This document shows, one piece after another, positions 9,087-18,575 of a DNA stretch of 64,000 nucleotides (the first letter of the stretch is position 1; the number at the start of each line of letters is the position of its first letter). This stretch comes from Chitinophagales bacterium (GTDB lineage Bacteria > Bacteroidota > Bacteroidia > Chitinophagales > CAIODY01): contig JAPJNH010000164.1 in the NCBI GenBank assembly GCA_026461075.1, positions 12,432 through 76,431 of the forward strand. The letters run 5' to 3'. The notes below the pieces were generated by a model. The model had not been told where the DNA came from. It worked only from the letters and a program-made list of their open reading frames with translations, and did not search any database. Both the position numbers and the translations under genes were made by a program.

Positions 9087-11411
9087 TTAAAACGTATAAT
9101 CGAAGCCGATTGCAGGTAAAATAGGCAATTGGTTGATTCGTTGATTCGTGATACGATCGAAGTAGAACATATTAGCACGATTGTATACATTGGTAACACT
9201 GAAAACAGCTTCCAATAGACCATTCTTGCCGATATACGCCTTCTTCTTCAAACTAATATCCATACGATGAAAGTAGGGTAAACGACCGTCATTTAATTTC
9301 GAATCATATAAAATACCTAGCTGTCCATTATTCGTCAAGTAGTTTGTATTCAAGCCTTGCGAGAAGTCGAACTTCTCATAAAATCCTTGTGTCTTGGTGA
9401 ATGGGAAGCCACTACCGTAGTTCCAACGAGCACCAAATTCCCAAGTCAAGTCCTTACCAAATTGATAGGTCATCAACAAATTGACATTGTTACGACGATC
9501 AAATGGCGGCCAGTAATACACTTTCGTTCCATCAGCTAATTTCGTTCCATCATAACGCATCACATATCCGTGACCGTATACCACCCAGAATGAAAGTCCT
9601 TTATAATCGAGCTTACACGACAAATCTGTTCCATAAGCATAACCTTTCTCAATCATAAAGTTTGGATCTTGCACCTGCACTTTATTACGATTGATATTGA
9701 TTAATTGCGTAAAGTCTTTAATGTATCCTTCCACATTAAATTCTAAATACTTCTTCCAATCATACTCCACTCCCGCTACTGCTTGCCATGCTTTCTGCAA
9801 TTTACTAGTAGCCAATTCCCCTTCGGTGTTTTTCAACTCCTCTTCTGGTCCAGAAAGGAAGCCGGTGAATAAATTCACCACATCTCTATCCGACTTGGTA
9901 GACATCAAGTTTTGAGAGTATTTACCTGCCGCGAATTTGAAGCGTAAATTTTGAGAGTAATTAAACTTCATCCCGATACGTGGCTCCACTGAAATTTCAT
10001 TCAAAGACGCATAGTAAGGGATTCTCAAGCCTGGTTCGATTACAAATCTTTTGTTCTTTACCTTTTTGAACAAAATATAAGAAGCAAGTTCTGTGGTATT
10101 CTGATCTTCTCCAGAACCTACTTTCAAGCCGGTAGCCGTGAAGAAATTATAGGTGGTCTTGAAGCCATTCACTTCGAAGCCGTAATTCAAAAACGCATCA
10201 TCTTCCATTCGATAGCCGAAGTCTAATCCTGCAGAGAAGCCGCCGATACTAGTTGAGCGCGGACGACCATCTGCCTCACGCAAGACAAGGCTATATTTTG
10301 AATAAGCCATATTACCTTTTACCAAGGTGGTTGAATTAGCAGGACTAATGACAAAATTAGCGCCGCAGCCAAAAGAGCCCCACGCGAATTCCGCTAGCTT
10401 ACGATAGTTCGCGCTATCACGGAAATTAAAGGCAAACAAATTCAATTTAGAACCACTATTACTGTTGAAAGATAATTTACCATATAAGTCTGTAAACGTG
10501 TATGGCAGGCCATTTCCTGTCGTATCTGCATATGGATAAAACACTTTAGAAGAACGATTCAAATAGCTCGATTTTGCACTTACTAAAAAGGAAGTACTCG
10601 AACCATTATCCCCTTTCATCTTCTTCAAAGGACCTTCTAAAATCACTTTGCTAGTAAAGGTATTCGCAGACACCTTGCCGCTCAAACGTTTTTTATTCCC
10701 ATCGCGGGTTGTAACGTCGATGATAGCAGAGGTAGCGCCGCCGTAGTTTGCATTGAAGGCAGCAGTCTTTACATCCGCATTTTTGATGATATCCGTTTCG
10801 AATACCGAGAACAAACCAAGTGAGTGAAAGGGATTGTAGATAGTCATCCCATCAATCATAATACGATTCTGCACAGGTGCACCACCACGAATATACAATT
10901 GACCACCTTGATCACCGGAGCTCACCACACCAGGCACTACTTGAAGGTATTGCGCTAAGTCGGGGGAACCACCGATACTCGGCATAGATTTGATTTGCGT
11001 CGCCGTTACTTGCATGGCGCCCACATTCACATTGCTCAGCTTCTCATTTTTTTTCGCAGAAACATTCACAGTACCTGTAGTACGCGCTTTTTTAGTGAGC
11101 GAAATACGTTGCGTAAGCACTTGCCCCGCTTTGATCTCTACGCTAATCAAAGCTGTATCATAACCGACATAGGTACAAAAAACAGTATAGGTACCAACAG
11201 GAATTTTTTTAATGGTGTAAAAACCATTCAAATCCGTTTGTTCAGCTAGTTCCGTTCCTTTCAGCAAGACATTTGTTAATGGAATTGCCTCACCAGTACC
11301 TTGATCATAGACAAAGCCTTTGATATCGCCAGTGATAGTGTTTTGTGCATACAAAAAATGCCCACTGAGAAGTAGGCATATTTGTATTATCGCGAATGAT
11401 AGTTTACGCAT
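9087..11411 (-). CDS. TonB-dependent receptor with N-terminal carboxypeptidase-regulatory-like domain
   Basis: IKGFVYD...TDLNGFY domain, plug motif LYIRGG...IDGMTIYNPFH, RDGNKK, C-terminal aromatic DYTF. Confidence 0.9.
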   Translation of the reverse strand: MRKLSFAIIQICLLLSGHFLYAQNTITGDIKGFVYDQGTGEAIPLTNVLLKGTELAEQTDLNGFYTIKKIPVGTYTVFCTYVGYDTALISVEIKAGQVLTQRISLTKKARTTGTVNVSAKKNEKLSNVNVGAMQVTATQIKSMPSIGGSPDLAQYLQVVPGVVSSGDQGGQLYIRGGAPVQNRIMIDGMTIYNPFHSLGLFSVFETDIIKNADVKTAAFNANYGGATSAIIDVTTRDGNKKRLSGKVSANTFTSKVILEGPLKKMKGDNGSSTSFLVSAKSSYLNRSSKVFYPYADTTGNGLPYTFTDLYGKLSFNSNSGSKLNLFAFNFRDSANYRKLAEFAWGSFGCGANFVISPANSTTLVKGNMAYSKYSLVLREADGRPRSTSIGGFSAGLDFGYRMEDDAFLNYGFEVNGFKTTYNFFTATGLKVGSGEDQNTTELASYILFKKVKNKRFVIEPGLRIPYYASLNEISVEPRIGMKFNYSQNLRFKFAAGKYSQNLMSTKSDRDVVNLFTGFLSGPEEELKNTEGELATSKLQKAWQAVAGVEYDWKKYLEFNVEGYIKDFTQLININRNKVQVQDPNFMIEKGYAYGTDLSCKLDYKGLSFWVVYGHGYVMRYDGTKLADGTKVYYWPPFDRRNNVNLLMTYQFGKDLTWEFGARWNYGSGFPFTKTQGFYEKFDFSQGLNTNYLTNNGQLGILYDSKLNDGRLPYFHRMDISLKKKAYIGKNGLLEAVFSVTNVYNRANMFYFDRITNQRINQLPILPAIGFDYTF

Positions 11412-11450
11412 AACAGGTTTTTGGTTCTTTAAAGAGAGCTAGTTGGGTCC

Positions 11451-12662
11451 TTAGCTAACTGCTTGTTTTACCAAATCAGCTGCTTCTTCCAAACGGATAG
11501 CAGACTGAACTTTTAAGCCAGAGGCTTCGATTAATTCTTTCGCTGCTTCAGCATTAGTACCTTGCAAACGAACGATGATTGGAATATTGATGGTTCCGAT
11601 CGACTTATACGCATCAACCACACCTTGTGCAACACGGTCGCAACGTACGATACCACCGAAGATATTCACCAAGATCGCTTTTACATTAGGGTCTTTCATG
11701 ATGATACGGAAACCTGCTTCTACCGTAGTAGCGTTTGCAGTACCTCCCACGTCTAAGAAGTTAGCTGGCTCACCGCCACTCAACTTAATCATATCCATGG
11801 TAGCCATTGCCAAACCGGCACCGTTTACCATACAACCTACGTTACCATCTAATTTAACGAAGTTCAAATTGTATTCACCTGCTTCTACTTCTGTAGGATC
11901 TTCTTCTGTCACATCACGCATTGCAAGTAAGTCAGGGTGACGTACCAAAGCGTTATCATCCAAATTCATTTTACAGTCAACTGCGATGATTTTCTCATCA
12001 GAAGTTTTGAAGAGAGGATTGATTTCAAGCATTGAGCAATCTAAACCTACGTAAGCATTATACAGACGAGTAACGAAAGCCACCATATTTTTGAAAGCAT
12101 CACCGCTCAAACCGAAGTTGAAAGCGATTTTACGTGCTTGGAAAGGAGCTAAGGTTGCATTCGGTTGTACCCACTCTTTGAAAATTTTCTCAGGAGTATG
12201 ATGTGCTACTTCTTCAATATCCATTCCACCTTCCGTAGAATACATAATTACGTTTTGTCCTTTTGCGCGATCCAAAAGAATCGACAAATAGAATTCTTTT
12301 GTTGGATTCGGTCCGTCATAATATACGTCCTGAGCCACCAAAATTTTATTTACCACTTTACCAGCTTCACCCGTTTGGATTGTTACCAATGTACCTCCCA
12401 ATAGGTTGCTGGCAACTGTTTTCGCGTCGTCAGCAGACTTAACTACTTGCACACCACGTTGTTCAGTACCAACTACCTTTCCCTTTCCACGGCCACCCGC
12501 ATGAATTTGAGCTTTGATTACAGCGAACTTAGAATTCGTTGCAGTAGCAATAGAGTTATAAGCGGCAATCGCTTCATCAACAGATGAACAAGCAATACCT
12601 TCCTGTGTCGGAACTTGGTATTTGTTCAATAAGGTTTTCGCCTGGTATTCGTGCAGATTCAT
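11451..12662 (-). CDS. sucC: Succinyl-CoA ligase (ADP-forming) beta subunit
   Basis: MNLHEYQAK, KAQIHAGGRGK, GCMVNGAGLAMATMD, NIFGGIVRCD. Confidence 0.98.
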   Translation of the reverse strand: MNLHEYQAKTLLNKYQVPTQEGIACSSVDEAIAAYNSIATATNSKFAVIKAQIHAGGRGKGKVVGTEQRGVQVVKSADDAKTVASNLLGGTLVTIQTGEAGKVVNKILVAQDVYYDGPNPTKEFYLSILLDRAKGQNVIMYSTEGGMDIEEVAHHTPEKIFKEWVQPNATLAPFQARKIAFNFGLSGDAFKNMVAFVTRLYNAYVGLDCSMLEINPLFKTSDEKIIAVDCKMNLDDNALVRHPDLLAMRDVTEEDPTEVEAGEYNLNFVKLDGNVGCMVNGAGLAMATMDMIKLSGGEPANFLDVGGTANATTVEAGFRIIMKDPNVKAILVNIFGGIVRCDRVAQGVVDAYKSIGTINIPIIVRLQGTNAEAAKELIEASGLKVQSAIRLEEAADLVKQAVS

Positions 12663-12682
12663 AATGTATAAAATTAGAGGCT

Positions 12683-12690
12683 CAAATTTA
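12683..12690 (-). promoter_or_regulatory. -7 promoter element of sucC
   Basis: TAAATTTG on the minus strand, 20 nt before the ATG. Confidence 0.65.
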
Positions 12691-12879
12691 CAGCTATTCC
12701 TCTAAAATCCCAAGTAGAATATGCATTTTATCGGTAAGAATTAATCAAGGTGTTGATAAAACAGATTTCTCACAAGTTTTCTAGCTCCTTTCACTAAAAG
12801 AATTAATAAGAAATTCTTTACCTAGCCTGCCTTAAGCAAGTCACCTAGCTGATTCGTTTAAAAATCGTATTTTAGCCAC

Positions 12880-14142
12880 ATGATTTGGATAATTGTCATC
12901 ACCATTCTCTGTGTCGCGTTTTTTGCAGGCTATGAAATTGCCTTCGTGAGCTCTAACAAGCTGCGCATTGAATTAGAGCGCTCGCAAAATAAGCTCTCTG
13001 CACGCATTTTAAGCAGATTCCTCAAAAACCCTTCGCATTTTATAGGTACTATCCTCGTTGGGAACAATATCGCCCTCATCATTTACGAGATTTATATGTC
13101 GCAGTTGATGGACCCTAAATTATCTGCCTGGATCTATGGGGACAAGGAACCAAATTCTCTGGTCATTTTATTGATCTCTTCACTTATCGCTACCTTAATA
13201 ATCCTTGTTTTGGGTGAATTTATCCCGAAAGCACTTTTTCGAATCAACCCGAACTCTTGGTTGAATGTGCTGGCGATCCCTTTTCAAATTGTTTTCTGGT
13301 GCATTTCCCCTGTTGCCATTTTCTTCGCTTGGCTAGCGAAAAAACTGTTGAACCTGTTCATCAAAGGTCGGATTGAAGAAAAGAAACCCGTTTTTAGTCG
13401 CCACGACTTGGAACATTTTGTAAAACAAACACAACCGAAAGAGACGCAACACCAAGAAATCAATACTGAGATTTTTGAAAACGCACTTTACCTCACAGAA
13501 GTAAAGGTTAGAGAATGTATGATTCCGCGCACTGAAATTGTAATGATTGACGTGAGCGCAAGTATTGAGGAGATGCGCAATATGTTTATTCAAACTAAAC
13601 TATCTCGTTTGATTGTTATCGATGACGAAGCGGATAATGTGCTCGGTTACGTACATCACCAAGATTTATTACTAGTACCACAAAGTATTAAAAGCATCAT
13701 CAAACCTATCCCAGCGATTCCAGAATCGATGATGGCAGTTGATTTGATGAACCTCTTCATGCGTGAAAGAAAAAGTATTGCTTGGGTAGTAGATGAGCAT
13801 GGTGGAACTGCAGGCTTGGTAACGATGGAAGACGTATTGGAAGAGATTTTTGGAGAAATACATGACGAGTTCGATGCCGCACATGAATTAGTGGATCAGC
13901 AACTGGCTACGAATGAGTATCTTTTCAGCGGTCGTATAGAAATTGATTTCATCAATGACAAGTACGATTTAAATATTCCAACAGGCGAATACGAAACACT
14001 TTCCGGATATATCTTACATCATCATGAAAGTATTCCTACCGTGAGCGAGGTATTGAATTTAGACCAATTCGAAATCACGATTATTGCGGGCACCACGACG
14101 AAAATTGATACGGTAAAATTGAAAGTAATACAGGACGTATAA
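12880..14142 (+). CDS. HlyC/CorC (CNNM/DUF21 + CBS + CorC) hemolysin-family transporter
   Basis: AFFAGYEIAF, GEFIPK, MIPRTEI, VVDEHGGTAGLVTMEDVLEEIFGEIHDE. Confidence 0.93.
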   Translation: MIWIIVITILCVAFFAGYEIAFVSSNKLRIELERSQNKLSARILSRFLKNPSHFIGTILVGNNIALIIYEIYMSQLMDPKLSAWIYGDKEPNSLVILLISSLIATLIILVLGEFIPKALFRINPNSWLNVLAIPFQIVFWCISPVAIFFAWLAKKLLNLFIKGRIEEKKPVFSRHDLEHFVKQTQPKETQHQEINTEIFENALYLTEVKVRECMIPRTEIVMIDVSASIEEMRNMFIQTKLSRLIVIDDEADNVLGYVHHQDLLLVPQSIKSIIKPIPAIPESMMAVDLMNLFMRERKSIAWVVDEHGGTAGLVTMEDVLEEIFGEIHDEFDAAHELVDQQLATNEYLFSGRIEIDFINDKYDLNIPTGEYETLSGYILHHHESIPTVSEVLNLDQFEITIIAGTTTKIDTVKLKVIQDV

Positions 14143-14144
14143 TT

Positions 14145-14705
14145 ATGAATTACCTGATTGTAGGCTTAGGCAATATCGGCTCCGAATACGAGAAAACACG
14201 TCATAATATAGGTTTCGACGTGGTACAAGCTTTAGCGAATGAGCATAAAGTACGCTTCGAAATTGATCGACTTGCTTATTATACGCACTTCAAACACAAA
14301 GGAAGAAACTTTCATCTCATCATGCCCACTACTTATATGAACCTAAGTGGCAAGGCAGTGAAATATTGGATGCAGCAACTGAAAATTGAGAAAGAGAATA
14401 TCTTAGTCGTTCTCGACGATCTATCCCTTCCTGTGGGCTGTTTACGGATGAAGGCCAAAGGTTCAGATGCGGGTCATAATGGCTTGAAAAATATCGATCT
14501 TGAAACAGGCGGGAATAACTACCCTCGCCTAAAATTTGGTATTGGAAATAATTTTTCCAAAGGTCGTCAAGCGGATTATGTGCTAAGCAAATTCAAGCCA
14601 GAGGAAAACACACTTATCGAACCAAAACTCAAAAAGGCAATGGAAATGGTGCTTGCGTTTGGTACTATCGGTTTGGAACGTGCGATGAACTTATACAATG
14701 AATAA
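14145..14705 (+). CDS. pth: Peptidyl-tRNA hydrolase
   Basis: LIVGLGN, TRHNIGF, PTTYMNLSG, GHNGLK. Confidence 0.97.
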   Translation: MNYLIVGLGNIGSEYEKTRHNIGFDVVQALANEHKVRFEIDRLAYYTHFKHKGRNFHLIMPTTYMNLSGKAVKYWMQQLKIEKENILVVLDDLSLPVGCLRMKAKGSDAGHNGLKNIDLETGGNNYPRLKFGIGNNFSKGRQADYVLSKFKPEENTLIEPKLKKAMEMVLAFGTIGLERAMNLYNE

Positions 14706-15576
14706 GTCGAAACATTATATCGCCCTATTCATCGGCACTTGGTGCATTGGATGGTCGGCGATCTTTGTAAAAATGACCGGACTTCCCGGAATCATTTCTG
14801 CTTATTACCGCGTATTCATCGCCCTTGCCATTCTCCTGCCAGTTTGGATAATCCGTCAGCTACGCTATCCTGAAAAACGTATCCCTCTTTTTAACAAGCA
14901 AATTCTACTAGCCATCTTAGGCGGTATTTTCTTCGGACTAGATCTTACTTTTTGGAATACATCCATCATGGAAGGAACCGCTTCCATCGCCACTGTTCTT
15001 GCTAATTTCGCTCCGATTTGGGTGGCCTTAGGCGCTTGGTTGCTTTGGCGCAATCGCCCTTCCAATCGTGTTTGGCTGGGAACTGCCGTGGCTATGACAG
15101 GAATCTTTTGTATTCTTGATTTCAAACAATTACAAGCAGCAAAAATCTCTTGGGCTGATACACTCGCATTAGTCGCCTCTTTCTTCTATGCCATTTATTT
15201 ACTGACCACACAAGAAGTTCGCAAAAAGTTAGACACTTTCAGTTTCATGACCTTTGCCACCTTAGGAAGTACCTTGATGCTAGCTGTTTCAGCCTATTTT
15301 GCAGACATTTCCTTAGCGCTTCCTCCGACTAATACCTGGCCTGCTTTAATCGGATTGGGCCTCATCACACATGTAATTGGATGGATGGCTATCAACTATG
15401 CTTTAGGATTTATACCGAGCACCATCGCCTCCGTTAGCTTACTTAGTCAGGCAGTATGGACCGCTATCTTCGGATATATCATACTTTCGGAGCACTTGCC
15501 AATTCATCAATGGATTGGTGGGGCGATTGTACTCCTTGGTATTTGGTTGGTGAATAGCAAAAAGACCGTTAAGTAA
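14698..15576 (+). CDS. DMT/EamA family transporter
   Basis: About 10 TM segments in two repeats; overlaps the pth stop by 8 nt. Confidence 0.88.
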   Translation: MNKSKHYIALFIGTWCIGWSAIFVKMTGLPGIISAYYRVFIALAILLPVWIIRQLRYPEKRIPLFNKQILLAILGGIFFGLDLTFWNTSIMEGTASIATVLANFAPIWVALGAWLLWRNRPSNRVWLGTAVAMTGIFCILDFKQLQAAKISWADTLALVASFFYAIYLLTTQEVRKKLDTFSFMTFATLGSTLMLAVSAYFADISLALPPTNTWPALIGLGLITHVIGWMAINYALGFIPSTIASVSLLSQAVWTAIFGYIILSEHLPIHQWIGGAIVLLGIWLVNSKKTVK

Positions 15577-15608
15577 ATTGAACTAAAACAGATGTACATT
15601 GTTTAATT

Positions 15609-16118
15609 ATGATGAAGTACAATATTTTGTTTCTAACTATTTTAGGCTGCTTATTAGCAGGATGCGATCATCCGCAAAATATTCAAGTAAACCAAGCCAA
15701 CACAAGCACCCCAATCATGAATAAAGATTCATTTCCAGTACAGCTTAGCGATAAAGAATGGCAAGAAAAATTAACGCCCGACCAATACTATGTATTACGT
15801 CAAAGCGGTACAGAAAGGCCTTTCACAGGTAAATACACCTTGCACTTCGAAAAAGGAACCTATGTTTGCGCAGGTTGTGGAACGGAGTTGTTCGCAGACA
15901 GTATGAAGTTTGAATCACACTGCGGATGGCCTAGCTTCGATAACGAAATTGCGGGTGGTAAAATCATCAAACGCGAAGATAACAGCCACGGGATGCGTCG
16001 CATAGAAATTATCTGTGCAACTTGTGGTGGACATCTAGGGCATTTATTTGATGATGGACCTACAGCTAGCGGACTCCGTTATTGTGTGAATTCAGCGGCT
16101 ATAGAGTTCAAGCATTAA
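15609..16118 (+). CDS. msrB: Peptide-methionine (R)-S-oxide reductase with lipoprotein signal
   Basis: GTERPFTG, CAGC/CATC Zn ligands, CGWPSF, HLGHLFDDGP, RYCVNS; lipobox LLAGC. Confidence 0.95.
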   Translation: MMKYNILFLTILGCLLAGCDHPQNIQVNQANTSTPIMNKDSFPVQLSDKEWQEKLTPDQYYVLRQSGTERPFTGKYTLHFEKGTYVCAGCGTELFADSMKFESHCGWPSFDNEIAGGKIIKREDNSHGMRRIEIICATCGGHLGHLFDDGPTASGLRYCVNSAAIEFKH

Positions 16119-17473
16119 TCGCGACGAAGACTATATTTTTCGATTTTATTGTACAGATGGCTACGTTGAATATCAATTTCATCCGCAGTCTTGGTTACAT
16201 TCCAACCATTCTTCTGTAATTTAAATTCGATGAAAACACGTTCCATAAAGTCTTTGAACTCCTGAAACTTGTCGTATTTTTCAAAAATATCTTCGAGCGT
16301 ATTCGCCTTCGATTTATTGCCGACAACATAATTCTGAACCTCAGTTTCAGTGATTTTTTGATCACTTAAAATTACTAAGCGTTCGATGACATTATGTAAT
16401 TCGCGAATATTTCCACTCCATTGAATCTGCTGCAATTCAGCCATTGCTTTCGGAGTGATAATTTTTCTGGTAATGCTATAATCTTCGCAGATCTCATTCA
16501 CAAAGCGTTCTGCGATCATCGGAATATCTTCCGCACGTTCATTCAAACTAGGAACGTGAATCAAGATTACACTTAAGCGATGGTATAAATCAATACGGAA
16601 ATTATTATTGTCGATCTCGCGATTTAAGTCTTTGTTCGTCGCAGCGATCACACGTACATCAACGGTAATGTCTTTATCGCCACCGACACGGGTAATTTTA
16701 TTCTCTTGTAAAGCGCGCAATACTTTCGCTTGTGCAGCCAAACTCATATCTCCAATTTCATCTAAGAATAAAGTACCTCCGTTGGCTTGCTCGAACTTAC
16801 CAATACGCTGTTTAATGGCTGAGGTGAAGGCGCCTTTTTCATGACCGAATAATTCACTTTCGATTAATTCAGCAGGAATAGCGGCACAGTTCACTTCGAT
16901 TAATGGTCCGTTGGCACGATGACTTTTTTCATGAATCCAACGTGCTACCAATTCTTTACCGGTACCATTTTCACCCGTAATCAAAATACGAGCGTCGGTA
17001 GCAGCAACTTTATCAATAGTATCTTTAATTTTCTTAATCGCTGGAGAATCACCAACGATTTCACGATTCTTCGTCACTTTACGCTTCAATACTTTCGTTT
17101 GTGTTACCAAACTTTGTTTGTCGAGTGCGTTTCGAAGAGATATTAATAAACGATTCAAATCGGGTGGCTTACTGATATAGTCGTAAGCTCCTTTTTTCAC
17201 GGCTTCAACAGCAGTATCTACGGTACCATGACCGCTGATCATGATAAAAGGTAAATCAGGGTTAGCTGCTAGTGAATTTTCTAGCACTTCCATGCCATCA
17301 AATTTTGGCATTTTAATATCGCACAACACTAAATCGTAGGCGATTTCTTTAATTTTCTCAATAGCCTCTGCGCCATCGGCAGCTTCGTCGACCGTATATT
17401 TTTCGTACTCTAGTATTTCACGGAGCGATTTGCGGATAGCTTTTTCATCATCCACAATAAGGATATGAGGCAT
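16115..17473 (-). CDS. Sigma-54-dependent response regulator (NtrC/NtrX-like)
   Basis: Receiver domain, GENGTGKE Walker A, GAFTSA loop, LFLDEIGD, C-terminal Fis-type HTH. Confidence 0.93.
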   Translation of the reverse strand: MPHILIVDDEKAIRKSLREILEYEKYTVDEAADGAEAIEKIKEIAYDLVLCDIKMPKFDGMEVLENSLAANPDLPFIMISGHGTVDTAVEAVKKGAYDYISKPPDLNRLLISLRNALDKQSLVTQTKVLKRKVTKNREIVGDSPAIKKIKDTIDKVAATDARILITGENGTGKELVARWIHEKSHRANGPLIEVNCAAIPAELIESELFGHEKGAFTSAIKQRIGKFEQANGGTLFLDEIGDMSLAAQAKVLRALQENKITRVGGDKDITVDVRVIAATNKDLNREIDNNNFRIDLYHRLSVILIHVPSLNERAEDIPMIAERFVNEICEDYSITRKIITPKAMAELQQIQWSGNIRELHNVIERLVILSDQKITETEVQNYVVGNKSKANTLEDIFEKYDKFQEFKDFMERVFIEFKLQKNGWNVTKTADEIDIQRSHLYNKIEKYSLRRD

Positions 17474-17623
17474 TGTATACTGATTTTTAAAGGTTAAGCG
17501 AAGATGCCATTTTTTTTTTACACTTCTAAAGGTTTTTAGGTGAAAAAGGAAGGCGAAGAATAAAATAGCAAAAAGCAGTCCAAAAAAAATTAATTAACTT
17601 TAGGCATAATAAAAAGATTATTT

Positions 17624-18085
17624 ATGGCATTAGTAGATTCAATCAATGGAGCAATTAAGGAAGCAATGTTAGCAAAACAAGAGGGACGTTTACGTGGCTT
17701 GCGAGCCATCAAAGGCGCTATTCTTTTAGCATTGACAGAGAAAGGTGCAGGCGACTCCTTGACAGCAGAGAAAGAAATGCTAGTATTAACGAAGTTAGCC
17801 AAGCAACGTAAAGAATCGATGGAGATTTTCTTGAAAGAAAACCGTCCGGAATTAGCACAAAAGGAGCAAGAAGAATTAGACGTTATTGAAGCGTATTTGC
17901 CGAAGCAAATGTCAGCCGAAGAAATCACTGAAGCTGTTAAAGGTTTTATCGAACAAGTGGGTGCAAAATCACCAGCGGATATGGGTAAGGTGATGGGCGT
18001 TGCCTCCAAAGCACTCGCAGGTAAGGCAGATGGCAAGACTGTTTCAGAAACGGTAAAAACGCTTTTAGCGCAAATTGCAGGTTAA
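17624..18085 (+). CDS. GatB/YqeY domain protein
   Basis: IKEAMLAK, KQRKES, YLPKQMS, DMGKVMG, GKADG. Confidence 0.93.
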   Translation: MALVDSINGAIKEAMLAKQEGRLRGLRAIKGAILLALTEKGAGDSLTAEKEMLVLTKLAKQRKESMEIFLKENRPELAQKEQEELDVIEAYLPKQMSAEEITEAVKGFIEQVGAKSPADMGKVMGVASKALAGKADGKTVSETVKTLLAQIAG

Positions 18086-18086
18086 T

Positions 18087-18575
18087 ATGTGGCTCGATAT
18101 CCTATCCTTACTTTTTATCGTGTATGGATTCATTCGTGGATTCAGCAAAGGATTAGTGATGTCAATCATTTCTTTAGTGGCCTATATTTTAGGAGTGATG
18201 TTAACAATTCGCTTCTCCCACCAAGTAACCAATCTGCTGGGATGGAACGATAAAACATGGGCTCCTATTGCTGTTTTTTTATTATTGTTTATCGCGATTT
18301 TTATTGTCTTTAAAATCGTAGGAAAGCTGATTGAAGGCCTATTGGAAGCCATCGCATTAAGTTTCGTAAATAAGTTATTAGGAGGAATTGTGGGAGCCAT
18401 CATAGCTTTGATTATTATGAGTGGAATGGTATGGTTGCTGGAATTCGGTCACTTGATAAACGAAAGTACTATATCGAAGTCGAAAGCCTATGCCATCGAA
18501 AGAAAGGTAGGACGGATGATCAGTGTTTTGAAAGTTGAAGAGTATAAAAATTCCATCAATTACAATAAGCACTAA
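18087..18575 (+). CDS. CvpA (colicin V production) family membrane protein
   Basis: WLDI...GFIRGFSKGLV, NKLLGGIVG; four TM segments; ATG 18087 follows the yqeY stop. Confidence 0.88.
   Translation: MWLDILSLLFIVYGFIRGFSKGLVMSIISLVAYILGVMLTIRFSHQVTNLLGWNDKTWAPIAVFLLLFIAIFIVFKIVGKLIEGLLEAIALSFVNKLLGGIVGAIIALIIMSGMVWLLEFGHLINESTISKSKAYAIERKVGRMISVLKVEEYKNSINYNKH

Noticed and set aside
12751-12759. Single DnaA-box-like TGTTGATAA
   Set aside because: An isolated one-mismatch 9-mer is expected by chance in AT-rich DNA.
17590-18036. 148-aa antisense ORF opposite yqeY, and similar shadows (975-1193, 11575-11940, 46302-46748, 53154-53630)
   Set aside because: They lie opposite well-supported genes and have no recognisable motifs.
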